Sequence record: MN850576.1
Source: Escherichia phage ime
Strand: one strand, 5' to 3'
DNA: 64,000 bases
Of this stretch, positions 25,358 through 35,161 are shown in pieces; the first letter of the stretch is position 1; the number at the start of each line of letters is the position of its first letter. Position numbers and translations under genes: made by a program. The notes under the pieces were generated by a model that saw only the letters and a list, made by a program, of their open reading frames with translations, was not told where the DNA came from and made no database searches.

Positions 25358-27669
25358 TCACCAAGGTAATTAAAAGCAACGGATGTGAAGTGGCATTCGA
25401 TCCAGAACGTTTAAATAAGGCAGCTATTTTCGGTGACGACGGTAACGGCAATTGGTCACATATTGCACTGGATGCATACAAACGACTGTATGATGGATGT
25501 ACAACCAAAGAAGTTAACCAAGCTATCATAGACTCCTGTGTTAGCCGTAAAGACGAAGCACATTCCCGTATGGCTGGTCGTGTTCTTATTGGTCAGATTT
25601 ATAAAGAGGCTTTTGGAGGGTTTACAAAGATCCCTTCCTTACCATCATTTTACAACGACATGGTTGAGAAAGGGTATTGGGAGGATATGGGATATAGCTT
25701 TACCGAGCTAAACACTTTAGACGCTGTTATTGACCACAGTAAAGATCTCGGTTATGGCTATGCAGTCCTTAAACAGTTTCGCGACAAATACGGGATCAAG
25801 GATACTCTTAAAGACACCTTGTTTGAATCTCCCCAGATGATGTTTATGGGGATAGCAATGGCTGTCATGAAGAATATGCCGAAAGAACGTCGTATCAACG
25901 ATGTTGTAAAATTATACACTTATCTGTCCGACTTAAAGATCAATGCCCCGACACCGTACTTAAACGGGCTGCGCACAGGTAAGACAGGGTATGCATCTTG
26001 TTGTGTAATAAAAGCTGACGATACAGCAAAATCTATTGGTGTGGCACGTGAAGTTGCGTACACAATGACGGTTAACCAAGCAGGTATCGGCTACTATTTA
26101 TCATCAAGATCTGCAGGTGATGGTGTTCGCGGTAACACTATTAAACACATGGGTAAGATTCCATATTATCGAGGTATTGACGCTGGGGTTAAGGAGAACA
26201 GGCAACAATCACGTGGCGGTTCTGCAACAGTATCATTCCTTGCACTAGACCCGCAGATTGATGAGCTAATCCGCTTGAGAAACCCTATGACTGTTGCTTC
26301 AAAAAGAATCAACACCATGGACTACTCCATCGGTATTAATAGGTCGTTTATCAACCGTGTGGCTAAGAATTTAGATTGGATGCTTGTTTCTTATAAGCAC
26401 GCTCCTCAACTGCATGAGGGTATCTTCACCATGTCTATGGAGGAGTTTGATGCAGAGGTTGATCGTATTGCTAAAGATGACAGTATCCCTAAAACATGGA
26501 TCCGAGCCAGAGATCTTGCTGTTGAACTGATCACGCAGCGTACTGAGGTGGGAAGGCTGTATGTATACTGGACAGATGAGATGAATAGACATACACCTTT
26601 TAAAGATGTGATCTATTCAAGTAACCTGTGTGCAGAAATAGCCCTCCCTACAAAAGGCTATTCAGATATGCGTAATATCTTCAAGTACGATGCTGATGAT
26701 GGAGAGGTTGCATTGTGCTTCCTGTCATCTCTTGTAGCTGGAAGGGTTACTCCAGAGGAGTATGAGGATGTTGCATACTACACGGTGCTTATGATTGACA
26801 ATGTTATGGAAATCATGACATATCCGTATGAAAATATGGAAAGCACAGTTAAAAAACGCAGATCCATCGGGGTTGGCCTTACCAATGCTGCACATTTTAT
26901 TGCCAGCCACAAGGTTACTTACGGATCTCCTGAAAGTAAACAGCTTGTTCACGATCTTGCAGAACTTCACAGCTACAGCTTGCATAAGGCAAGTTTACGG
27001 TTGGCAAAAGAGCGTGGTGTCTGCGAGTGGATGCATAAAACAAAATATCCAGAAGGTTGGTTACCAATCGACACCTATAACAAAGAGGTCGATAGCGTGG
27101 TGAAAGATCCTTCTCTTAAACAGGATTGGGAAGGGTTACGTAAAGAAATTATTGAAAATGGTGGGCTACGTAATAGCGTTCTTGAAGCATATATGCCTAA
27201 TGAAAGCTCTTCGCTGGCAACAAACACCACTAACGGGGTTTATCCTGTCCGTGAGCACATTATCTTTAAAAAGTCGCCACAAGGGCAGGTGCTGTTTATC
27301 GTTCCTGACTATGATGAGTTGAAAGAGTATTACACCTCGGCTTGGGACGTTGATACTAACGACATGATCGATATGTATGCTGTGATTCAAAAATTTACAG
27401 GTCAGGCAATCAGCGCGGATTTATACATAGACTACACCAAGTTGAAAGATGGTAAAATTTCAATGAAGGAGCAGCTAGGGTACCTTATCCGTGCCACTAA
27501 ATTCGGGATGAAGACATGGTATTATTTAAACTCCAGGGTTGGTGCTGGTGACTCATTGGCAGAGGAACTTCATGCCAAGAAACAGGCTGAAGATGAAACC
27601 AGAAAGAACTACCCTTTGATTGCAGATAGTTCGGTTGAAGATCCGTATTGCGAAAGTTGTGCACTATAA
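25354..27669 (+). CDS. nrdA: ribonucleoside-diphosphate reductase large subunit (class I)
   Basis: 771 aa; SSNLCAEIALPT catalytic-site motif, C-terminal CESCAL Cys pair as in E. coli NrdA; TTG start after GGAGG. Confidence 0.9.
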   Translation: MITKVIKSNGCEVAFDPERLNKAAIFGDDGNGNWSHIALDAYKRLYDGCTTKEVNQAIIDSCVSRKDEAHSRMAGRVLIGQIYKEAFGGFTKIPSLPSFYNDMVEKGYWEDMGYSFTELNTLDAVIDHSKDLGYGYAVLKQFRDKYGIKDTLKDTLFESPQMMFMGIAMAVMKNMPKERRINDVVKLYTYLSDLKINAPTPYLNGLRTGKTGYASCCVIKADDTAKSIGVAREVAYTMTVNQAGIGYYLSSRSAGDGVRGNTIKHMGKIPYYRGIDAGVKENRQQSRGGSATVSFLALDPQIDELIRLRNPMTVASKRINTMDYSIGINRSFINRVAKNLDWMLVSYKHAPQLHEGIFTMSMEEFDAEVDRIAKDDSIPKTWIRARDLAVELITQRTEVGRLYVYWTDEMNRHTPFKDVIYSSNLCAEIALPTKGYSDMRNIFKYDADDGEVALCFLSSLVAGRVTPEEYEDVAYYTVLMIDNVMEIMTYPYENMESTVKKRRSIGVGLTNAAHFIASHKVTYGSPESKQLVHDLAELHSYSLHKASLRLAKERGVCEWMHKTKYPEGWLPIDTYNKEVDSVVKDPSLKQDWEGLRKEIIENGGLRNSVLEAYMPNESSSLATNTTNGVYPVREHIIFKKSPQGQVLFIVPDYDELKEYYTSAWDVDTNDMIDMYAVIQKFTGQAISADLYIDYTKLKDGKISMKEQLGYLIRATKFGMKTWYYLNSRVGAGDSLAEELHAKKQAEDETRKNYPLIADSSVEDPYCESCAL

Positions 27670-27676
27670 TTTTAAA

Positions 27677-27696
27677 GGGGCTTCGGCCCCATTTTA
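27677..27696 (+). terminator. intra-operon terminator or attenuator between nrdA and nrdB
   Basis: GGGGC-TTCG-GCCCC hairpin followed by ATTTTA. Confidence 0.45.
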
Positions 27697-27708
27697 GAGG
27701 TTAGAATA

Positions 27709-28797
27709 ATGGCTGTATTTAATGCTGAGAACACCGCTCATAAAACTGGTGACTATCCGCTGTTTCTAGGACAGCAAATGGGTATGTATGACTCTATCAA
27801 CAAAAAATATCCACAACTGTTTGAACTATACAAAAAACAAAAAGAGCAAGATTGGGCAGAGGATGAAGTGGATTTGTCGCAATCTATTTCAGATTTTGTA
27901 ACATGCTCCAAGTCAACTTATGACGTGATGGTGCAGACCTTGATGTGGCAATGGGAGGCTGATAGCGTTGCGGCAAGATCGATCATCTGCCTCTTTTCAC
28001 CATTCATCACTAATAGTGAGCTTTTCACTCTATTGATGAAACAGTCAGAGATTGAAGTTCTTCACGCACTAACTTACTCAGAGATTGTTAGACAATGCCT
28101 CCCCAATGCCCGTGAGATTATAGAAGAGATTCAGGAAAACCAAAACGTTCTGAGCAGATCTGGCGTTATTGTCAAATACATGCAAGAGCTTGAGGTTATT
28201 GGTGCAAAATACCGACTGGATCCTTCTAGTGTTGAAGAAGATATTGTGCGGAAATGCATTCTTAGAGCGCTTTTTGCACTTTTAGCCCTGGAAAGTATTG
28301 AGTTTATTGCAAGTTTTGCATGCACTTTCGCAGTAGCTGAACAGGGTATTTTTGTTCAGGTGGCGCAGCTTGTTCAAAAAATCATGCTTGACGAAATGCT
28401 ACACTCGAAAGGTGATTTTGCCATCATTGATATCCTGCTTAATGATCCCACATGGGAGAAAAGCTTCCTTGAGATAAAGGGGGAGTTAAAAGAGATTCTT
28501 GATGAAGTACGAACCAAAGAGTACGGTTGGAGTGACTATATTTTCAGCGAAGGAAGGGCGATTATAGGTCTTAACTCACCGTTGCTTAAAGAATGGGTTG
28601 ACTATAACTGCTCACCGATTTATGATTACTACGACATCGACAAAGACTTTGTGCCGCCAACAAAGGACCCGCTACCGTTTATGCAGGTGTGGATGAAACC
28701 TTCATTGCAACAGACGGCGAACCAAGAAATGTCGAACACTGACTACCGCGTCAACACAACTGTTAACGACGCTGAAGAAGAAATTTGGGAGTTTTAA
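27709..28797 (+). CDS. nrdB: ribonucleoside-diphosphate reductase small subunit (class I)
   Basis: 362 aa directly after nrdA; helical ferritin-like protein with conserved E/H-rich segments typical of R2. Confidence 0.8.
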   Translation: MAVFNAENTAHKTGDYPLFLGQQMGMYDSINKKYPQLFELYKKQKEQDWAEDEVDLSQSISDFVTCSKSTYDVMVQTLMWQWEADSVAARSIICLFSPFITNSELFTLLMKQSEIEVLHALTYSEIVRQCLPNAREIIEEIQENQNVLSRSGVIVKYMQELEVIGAKYRLDPSSVEEDIVRKCILRALFALLALESIEFIASFACTFAVAEQGIFVQVAQLVQKIMLDEMLHSKGDFAIIDILLNDPTWEKSFLEIKGELKEILDEVRTKEYGWSDYIFSEGRAIIGLNSPLLKEWVDYNCSPIYDYYDIDKDFVPPTKDPLPFMQVWMKPSLQQTANQEMSNTDYRVNTTVNDAEEEIWEF

Positions 28798-28800
28798 TAT

Positions 28801-29079
28801 ATGAGCTGCGAAAAATCTTTTTTCATCATCATTTACGGTAAGGATAACTGCCCACATTGTGTCAGAGCAAAAGAATTTGCAATCAGCAAAGGTCTGCCTT
28901 TTGTATATAAGACACTTGGCGAGGGCTACACAAAAGAAGAGCTTATTGAGAAGTGTAGTCCAATCGTCCCCCGAACGTTGCCGCAGATCTTCTTAGAAAG
29001 CGATCTTGACAGTATCCATATAGGCGGTGCCGACGATTTCATCTCTTTTGTTAAGAATGGTTTTGGAGAGAAAAAGTGA
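28801..29079 (+). CDS. nrdH: glutaredoxin-like protein (NrdH-like redoxin)
   Basis: 92 aa with CPHC redox motif near N-terminus; between nrdB and nrdD. Confidence 0.65.
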   Translation: MSCEKSFFIIIYGKDNCPHCVRAKEFAISKGLPFVYKTLGEGYTKEELIEKCSPIVPRTLPQIFLESDLDSIHIGGADDFISFVKNGFGEKK

Positions 29080-31199
29080 AAGTTGTAAAACGGGACGGTA
29101 GAGAAGAGTTCTATAACGGAATTAAGGTGATCAAGGCGGCAGAGTCCGCCTTACTTGAGTCTGGACATACTGAAGAAGAAGCTTACCGGATCGCCTGCGC
29201 GGTTAATGAAGTTGTTGCTAACAATCTACCAACCGACCAGTGCACAATCTCTGTAAAAAATATCCATATCCTTGTTGAAGATGCTCTTATGGATATGGGT
29301 TTAAAATGTGCAGCCAGAGAATACATCCAGTATAGACAGACAAGAGATAATAACAGAGAGGCAGGTGGAAAACTGCTTGCAGATATTAGTGGCTTCTTGG
29401 ATCGAACTTGTGATGAATTTACAAAAGAAAACGCAAATAAGCCTACTAATCATGTACACACTCATCGCGACCTGCTTGCAGGTATTCTTAGCAAACACCT
29501 TGCATCAACACAGATCCTGCCAGACCGTGTCTCCGAAGAGCACAATAAAGGCTTCATCCATGTGCATGATCTTGACTACTTGATCAGTCCGTTAACAAAC
29601 TGTTGTTTGGTAAATTATCCAGATATGTTGGAAAACGGATTCAACATTGGTAACGCCCATGTCAGTAAGCCGAAGTCAATAGGGGTTGCAACAACAATCC
29701 TTAGCCAAATTTCTAGTGCGGTAGCTAGTGCTCAATATGGTGGTCAGACTATGAGCCATATTGATCATTATCTGGCACAGTATGCTGAAGCAACCTATGA
29801 GAAGAACCTTAAATTTTGCCAGGAACATTGGTTGCCAAATGCTGAGAGTGTTGCAATGCAAATGACAGATAAAGACGTATTTGACAGCATGCAGACTTTG
29901 CTCTATCAAATCAATACGTTAACTTCTGTCAACGGGCAAACTCCATTCATCACATTGAGTTTAGGACTGGATACCTCGGTCTTTGGTAGAATGATTACCA
30001 AAAACTACCTGAAAGTCCACAAAATGGGTCTTGGTGAAGAACGTATTACACCTGTGTTCCCTAAAGTGCTGTTCTTCCTAGAAGAGGGTGTCAACATGAA
30101 CCCTGGGGATCCTAACTATGATTTGAAACGATTAGCTCTGGAATGCTGTGCAGAACGTATCTACCCTGACTTCGTATCTGTACCACTAAATAGAAAAGTG
30201 ACAGGCTCGACAGATGGCAAAGTAACGAGCATGGGTTGCCGGAGTTTTCTTAGCAAATACAATGACTTGGAAACAGGCGAGGAGAAATATCTTGGTAGAT
30301 TTAACTTAGGCGTTGTTAGCCTTAACCTGCCAATGATTGCGGCAAAAGCCAAGACGGAAGGTGTTGATTTCTTTGCAGTTCTTGACGAATACTTGGATCT
30401 TGCATACGAGGCTCACCTTGTAAGGGTTAATCGTCTAAAAGGAACAAAGGCAGGGCAGAACCCCATCATGTGGTGTGAAGGCGCTCTTGCTCGCCTGGAT
30501 CCTGAAGAGAGTATTGATAAACTCTTCTATGACGGGTACGCTTCCATCAGTATTGGGTATATCGGTGTGTATGAAACCTGTCAGATTTTGGGTAGAGAGG
30601 GTGACAAGGCTTTAGCTCTTGAAATCCTTCAGCACATGAGAGATGCTTGTGAGCGATACAAGAAGGAAAGTAGACTAGCATTTAGCTTGTACGGCACTCC
30701 TTCTGAGAGTCTATGCTATAAAGCTGCAACCTGTCTGGATCGTGAATATCCGGAAGTGTTGAAGCACGAGCATGAATATCTCACCAACAGTTTCCATCAG
30801 CCAGTATGGATAAATAGCTCTCCTTTTGATAAGTGGGAGTATGAGGAAGGTTTTGCTATGATCTCCTCTGGTGGCAACATCGGATACGTAGAAACACCTA
30901 ACCTGAAAAACAACCTGGATGCTTTAGAGGCTCTTGTTGACTTCGGGTATAAACACATTATGTATTTTGGTATTAACCAACCTGTAGATAAATGTCTCAA
31001 GTGTGGTTTCTCTGGTGAGTTCAGTGCAACAGCTAAAGGCTTTGTATGCCCAGAGTGTGGAAACCATGAAGAGGGAACTATCAGTGTAATTCGACGTGTG
31101 TCTGGATACCTTTCCAGTCCTAACTCCCGTCCTTACAATAAAGGTAAGCAAGCGGAAGTTATCGAGCGAGTTAAGCACTATGGAAGTTGTAGTTGCTGA
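29076..31199 (+). CDS. nrdD: anaerobic ribonucleoside-triphosphate reductase
   Basis: 707 aa; C-terminal zinc ribbon CLKCG...CPECG and glycyl-radical motif RRVSGYL. Confidence 0.9.
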   Translation: MKVVKRDGREEFYNGIKVIKAAESALLESGHTEEEAYRIACAVNEVVANNLPTDQCTISVKNIHILVEDALMDMGLKCAAREYIQYRQTRDNNREAGGKLLADISGFLDRTCDEFTKENANKPTNHVHTHRDLLAGILSKHLASTQILPDRVSEEHNKGFIHVHDLDYLISPLTNCCLVNYPDMLENGFNIGNAHVSKPKSIGVATTILSQISSAVASAQYGGQTMSHIDHYLAQYAEATYEKNLKFCQEHWLPNAESVAMQMTDKDVFDSMQTLLYQINTLTSVNGQTPFITLSLGLDTSVFGRMITKNYLKVHKMGLGEERITPVFPKVLFFLEEGVNMNPGDPNYDLKRLALECCAERIYPDFVSVPLNRKVTGSTDGKVTSMGCRSFLSKYNDLETGEEKYLGRFNLGVVSLNLPMIAAKAKTEGVDFFAVLDEYLDLAYEAHLVRVNRLKGTKAGQNPIMWCEGALARLDPEESIDKLFYDGYASISIGYIGVYETCQILGREGDKALALEILQHMRDACERYKKESRLAFSLYGTPSESLCYKAATCLDREYPEVLKHEHEYLTNSFHQPVWINSSPFDKWEYEEGFAMISSGGNIGYVETPNLKNNLDALEALVDFGYKHIMYFGINQPVDKCLKCGFSGEFSATAKGFVCPECGNHEEGTISVIRRVSGYLSSPNSRPYNKGKQAEVIERVKHYGSCSC

Positions 31200-31262
31200 T
31201 ACTTGACAAAAGCCACAAGGATGTGGCATATTATTGACACACAGTGAGCTAGGAGGTGCAGT

Positions 31263-31379
31263 ATGTCTAAAGGTATTTATAAAATTTGCAAGTGTGGTTG
31301 TCGTTGTAATCTTCGTTGGTGCAAGGCATTGGACGATTTTATTTGGCATTGCCCTGAATGCGATGCGGAGTACTTATAA
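31263..31379 (+). CDS. small Cys-rich (zinc-ribbon-like) peptide, 38 aa
   Basis: ATG 31263 preceded by AGGAGGTG at ideal spacing; MSKGIYKICKCGCRCNLRWCKALDDFIWHCPECDAEYL; below ORF-track length cut-off. Confidence 0.45.
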   Translation: MSKGIYKICKCGCRCNLRWCKALDDFIWHCPECDAEYL

Positions 31380-31530
31380 GCATAAGGGGTCGAAATGCGG
31401 AAATCTATCAAGAAAATCAAGATAAAATTGTTAGCATTGAAGCGTAAGTATAAAAAGTTATACGGCTTCATCAAATGGACTTTTATAGGTTTATCTTGAA
31501 TAGAAGCACACCACAGAAGAGAGGTTCCTT

Positions 31531-31767
31531 ATGATAGGTGTCTGTGTAAAAGATAACAGATGGTTTACATTCGGCAAGGATTACGAAATTATCTTTCATT
31601 CGGACAGAGCCACAACAGTAGAAAGTGATGATGGGTGCTACTGGTTCGTTAGTTACCAGGGTGATGGGTATTATAGATCTACTGATTCCAGAGGGGAAGA
31701 AGCTGTTTTCTTAGATAGAGCTTATTGTGGGCCTGAATATCCCTATCTCAAAGAGGGTAAGGAATGA
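31531..31767 (+). CDS. hypothetical protein
   Basis: 78-aa ORF, ATGA-coupled to nrdG. Confidence 0.4.
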   Translation: MIGVCVKDNRWFTFGKDYEIIFHSDRATTVESDDGCYWFVSYQGDGYYRSTDSRGEEAVFLDRAYCGPEYPYLKEGKE

Positions 31768-32237
31768 ATGTTGTCAATATTATAGAGTGTAGCATGGTTG
31801 ACGGCCCAGGTATCAGGACAACGGTGTTCTGTTCTGGTTGTCCACATCACTGCGTCGGTTGCCAAAACAAAAGTGTTTGGTCCCCCGCTAAAGGGGAACC
31901 GTTAACAAATGACACAATCGAGAGCATACTTAGCTCTATAGAACCAAACCATATTACCGGCGTTACATTATGCGGTGGAGAGCCTTTAGCGCCTTACAAT
32001 ATTGATGGTATGTATTCAATCATTTGCGCTATCCGTGAACGCTTCGGCAACACAAAAACTATCTGGGTGTACACAGGGTATTTGTTTGAAGAAGTCCCCG
32101 ATTACATTAAAGATAGTGTTGATTACATTATGGACGGTAAGTACGAAAAAGATAACCCCACCAAAAAACCCTTTAGAGGCAGTGATAACCAAAGAATGTT
32201 TAAAAAGGTAGCAGATGGTTGGGTTCAGGTTGACTAA
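31764..32237 (+). CDS. nrdG: anaerobic RNR activating protein (radical SAM)
   Basis: CPHHCVGC = CxxxCxxC radical-SAM cluster motif; 157 aa; follows nrdD. Confidence 0.8.
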   Translation: MNVVNIIECSMVDGPGIRTTVFCSGCPHHCVGCQNKSVWSPAKGEPLTNDTIESILSSIEPNHITGVTLCGGEPLAPYNIDGMYSIICAIRERFGNTKTIWVYTGYLFEEVPDYIKDSVDYIMDGKYEKDNPTKKPFRGSDNQRMFKKVADGWVQVD

Positions 32238-32240
32238 TCG

Positions 32241-32270
32241 TTGACAAAGCTTTGTTAAGTCGGTTATAAT
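32241..32270 (+). promoter_or_regulatory. sigma70-like promoter (TTGACA-N18-TATAAT)
   Basis: -35 32241-32246, -10 32265-32270. Confidence 0.6.
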
Positions 32271-32299
32271 TGTCGTAATGAAAGCAGAGGAGGTGCCAA

Positions 32300-32413
32300 A
32301 TGGCTAAAAAAGCCTTGAAGAAGGCGTACAAGAAAGAGATTGCGCTTGAGCTTAAGAAAAAACACAAGCGTGAAAAGAAACATCATGAAGATGAAGAGGG
32401 GGTGCAACAGTGA
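32300..32413 (+). CDS. small highly basic peptide, 37 aa
   Basis: ATG 32300 after GAGGAGGTG; MAKKALKKAYKKEIALELKKKHKREKKHHEDEEGVQQ; below ORF-track cut-off. Confidence 0.4.
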   Translation: MAKKALKKAYKKEIALELKKKHKREKKHHEDEEGVQQ

Positions 32414-32760
32414 CACAAGAACGTATCGATTTGGCTAATAAGTTTGTAGATCTCATTTTGCCACGGTTAGTTACTCAACATGCAGATGCTATTTCCACTA
32501 ATCTTGATGGCTTACGCCTAATGCTGAATCGCACAGATGACCCTCGTATTCGGGCTGATTTAGAAGCCTCTGCCAACAAACTGGAAAAGTTCTTGCAAGT
32601 AGACACGCAAGAAGCCTTGCACAAGATTATGGTGGAAGGTTTCTCTAAAGAATTTACCATTAAAGAGCTTAAGGAGCTGATCCACCAAGAAGAGATGAAT
32701 ATTCGAGTTCAGGCTGTTGCAAGCAGCATGGAAGCGGCTATTGAAAAACTGTTGCAGTAA
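32410..32760 (+). CDS. hypothetical protein
   Basis: 116-aa ORF, GTG start overlapping upstream stop. Confidence 0.4.
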   Translation: MTQERIDLANKFVDLILPRLVTQHADAISTNLDGLRLMLNRTDDPRIRADLEASANKLEKFLQVDTQEALHKIMVEGFSKEFTIKELKELIHQEEMNIRVQAVASSMEAAIEKLLQ

Positions 32761-32798
32761 AAGTACTTGGCACATCTCAATCTGAAAGGAGTCCCAAC

Positions 32799-33587
32799 AT
32801 GGGTCGAGCTAAAGAAACAAAACGCATGCGTGATGAAGCTAGAGAGGCTCGCAAATCTGATCGCCTGCGTAAGGCTGCTGAGAAATTTGCTGACGAAAGA
32901 GAGCACACCGCTCCAGCTCTCCGACCAATGAATAAGAAGCAGCAAAAGTATCTTGATTATCTAGGGTCACGTAAGATTATTATTGTAAACGGTGTGTTTG
33001 GATCCGGTAAGACATTTATGGCATCTGCATATGCAGGTGATCTTCTGCGTAAGAACGAGATTGATAAGATCATTGTTGCACGTCCTTACGTCCAGACAGG
33101 AAAGACTTCAGGATTTAAACCCGGAAATGCAATGCAGAAACTGTGGCCCTATCTTCGAAGCATGATGGACACGATTTGTCGTCGTGTTGGCAAAGGTGCT
33201 TTTGCCGCAATGCTGGGAGACGGTCAGAACAGTCGTATCGAGATTTGTGAAGTTGAAAGCATTCGTGGTCGTAGTTTCGATGAGCGATGCTTTGTCCTGA
33301 TTGACGAGGCACAGCAAACTAACCCTGAAGAAATGTTGTCAATTATCACAAGGATCTCTGATCAAGCCACCCTTGTAATTATGGGTGATAATAGCCAACG
33401 TGACATCCCTGGTAAATCTGGCCTTGCATGGGTGACGGATTTCTTTACTCGTCATCCAGATCCTGAGGTTGGAATGATCAGCTTTGATAGTCCAGACGAT
33501 GTCGTTCGTTCCGGGTTGGGTCGTCAAATCGCACTCAATCTTATTGAGGATCGTGCAAATCATATTTGGACCCCTGTTTCCGAGTAA
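32799..33587 (+). CDS. phoH: PhoH-like ATPase
   Basis: P-loop GVFGSGKTF and overall PhoH-like layout; 262 aa. Confidence 0.8.
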   Translation: MGRAKETKRMRDEAREARKSDRLRKAAEKFADEREHTAPALRPMNKKQQKYLDYLGSRKIIIVNGVFGSGKTFMASAYAGDLLRKNEIDKIIVARPYVQTGKTSGFKPGNAMQKLWPYLRSMMDTICRRVGKGAFAAMLGDGQNSRIEICEVESIRGRSFDERCFVLIDEAQQTNPEEMLSIITRISDQATLVIMGDNSQRDIPGKSGLAWVTDFFTRHPDPEVGMISFDSPDDVVRSGLGRQIALNLIEDRANHIWTPVSE

Positions 33588-33631
33588 TACAGAAGGGTGG
33601 TTATTCCACCCTTAAATATCTAAAACAGTTG

Positions 33632-33660
33632 TTGACAAATAGGCAAGCTTTAGATATTAT
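33632..33660 (+). promoter_or_regulatory. sigma70-like promoter (TTGACA-N17-TATTAT)
   Basis: -35 33632-33637, -10 33655-33660. Confidence 0.6.
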
Positions 33661-33688
33661 TATCGGACAAAACAAAGAGAAGGACAGT

Positions 33689-34000
33689 ATGGCTACAATA
33701 CAAGAGAAACTGAATAAAATATACTGCCTATTTGTCTATAACGGTGAGACAATTTTGGCAAATAAAGGATCCAAGAATGTGTGGACCAAGGACAGCGGTG
33801 GTAATATAATCAACTTAGCGTTGCTACGTGAGCGCCGACACAGATTCTTTATCGAGTCTCGAATTATTGAAAGCAGCACTTGCTACAGAACAGGCGATAA
33901 AGTAATTGTTGACAATGATACGTGGTATGTGGTAGATTGGCAATCATTGAGTTGTGATGCTTCTGACAATCGTAAGTACTCCATAGTGATTGCTAAATAA
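33689..34000 (+). CDS. hypothetical protein
   Basis: ORF track start 33566 precedes the promoter; Met 33689 after AGAAGGACAG proposed. Confidence 0.45.
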   Translation: MATIQEKLNKIYCLFVYNGETILANKGSKNVWTKDSGGNIINLALLRERRHRFFIESRIIESSTCYRTGDKVIVDNDTWYVVDWQSLSCDASDNRKYSIVIAK

Positions 34001-34060
34001 AGGTAAATGTGAATCAGGTTTAAATAAATAGCTTTCAACTTCCAATATTAAGGATTTCTC

Positions 34061-35110
34061 ATGAATTTAACACCTCGCAGCACCATGGTACACGGCATGA
34101 AAGAAAAACAGAACGGTTTCGAACCTATGAGTAATAAAATGTTTGGTATGCCGGGCGGTATCATGGAAACATACAGCTACCCAACACCTGTTGTTGACCA
34201 CGTTCTTTATATCGACGATTTGGAGGACCTGCAGGATCATATGTCTCGTCTGCAGACGATCCGTATGGCTCAGCCGGAAGAAAGCATTCGTGTGATCATC
34301 AATAGCCCTGGTGGTTGCGTGCACATTGCAATGGCCTATCTGCAGGCATTCCGCGAGTCTCAGGCAAGCGTTGTTGCACATGCTGAAGGGATGTGCTGCT
34401 CTGCTGGAACAATCTTATGGCTTGGTTGCAAAGAACGTACTGTGGCTCCGGACACAGAATTTATGTTCCACTACTATCAAGGTGGCACTTATGGTAACGG
34501 TGTTAACATGAATACTCAGGTCAGCTACTGGAAAAAACGTTTTGAACACCTGATCGAAAAATACTACGGTGGGGTGCTGACAGAAGATGAGATAGCATCC
34601 ATCACAGCTGGTGGCGAAGTGTGGTTGGACGGAGAAGAGTTGGCAGCACGCACTGGAGCTATTATTCTGGATGAAGGCAACATACAACGCATCCAGAACG
34701 GACAAAAACCGAAAAAGCTTCTGGCAAAAGGTGATGAAGAAGGCGTGTTAGGTGAAGCAGGTCTTCCGGAGATTCATCAGTGCACATCTTTAGATGAGTT
34801 AGTTCATGCTGTTGAATCTGCAAAAGCGGGTGGTTCGAAAGGTGATGTTCACACTGTGTTCCTGAATCTGCAGATGGAAAGTGGCGAGACCGTCCGAATT
34901 GCCCTGGGTGAGATTACTTCAGAAGATCTGCAGAGATTCTCTGTCGTTGAACTTCAGGATATTCTGTCTCAATTGAAGACTACTCTGAACGGCGGTGAAG
35001 AGGTTAAGGTGAAAGATAAGACTCGCAAGCGTCTTGTGGACAATATTATTAAAACAGCAAAAGAGCTCAATGAAAAAATCCTGGGTGCAGGAATTGTCGA
35101 AGAAGCTTAA
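34061..35110 (+). CDS. ClpP-family serine protease with acidic C-terminal extension (possible prohead protease/scaffold fusion)
   Basis: IRVIINSPGGCVHIAMAYL and GMCCSAGTILWLG match the ClpP INSPGG / GxAASMG active-site region; C-terminal 150 aa acidic. Confidence 0.7.
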   Translation: MNLTPRSTMVHGMKEKQNGFEPMSNKMFGMPGGIMETYSYPTPVVDHVLYIDDLEDLQDHMSRLQTIRMAQPEESIRVIINSPGGCVHIAMAYLQAFRESQASVVAHAEGMCCSAGTILWLGCKERTVAPDTEFMFHYYQGGTYGNGVNMNTQVSYWKKRFEHLIEKYYGGVLTEDEIASITAGGEVWLDGEELAARTGAIILDEGNIQRIQNGQKPKKLLAKGDEEGVLGEAGLPEIHQCTSLDELVHAVESAKAGGSKGDVHTVFLNLQMESGETVRIALGEITSEDLQRFSVVELQDILSQLKTTLNGGEEVKVKDKTRKRLVDNIIKTAKELNEKILGAGIVEEA

Positions 35111-35122
35111 ACATTAATTCTA

Positions 35123-35145
35123 AAGCCCTCTTCGGAGGGCTTTTA
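35123..35145 (+). terminator. rho-independent terminator
   Basis: AGCCCTC-TTCG-GAGGGCT hairpin followed by TTTA, just after stop. Confidence 0.6.
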
Positions 35146-35161
35146 TGATCTGGAGATTTGC

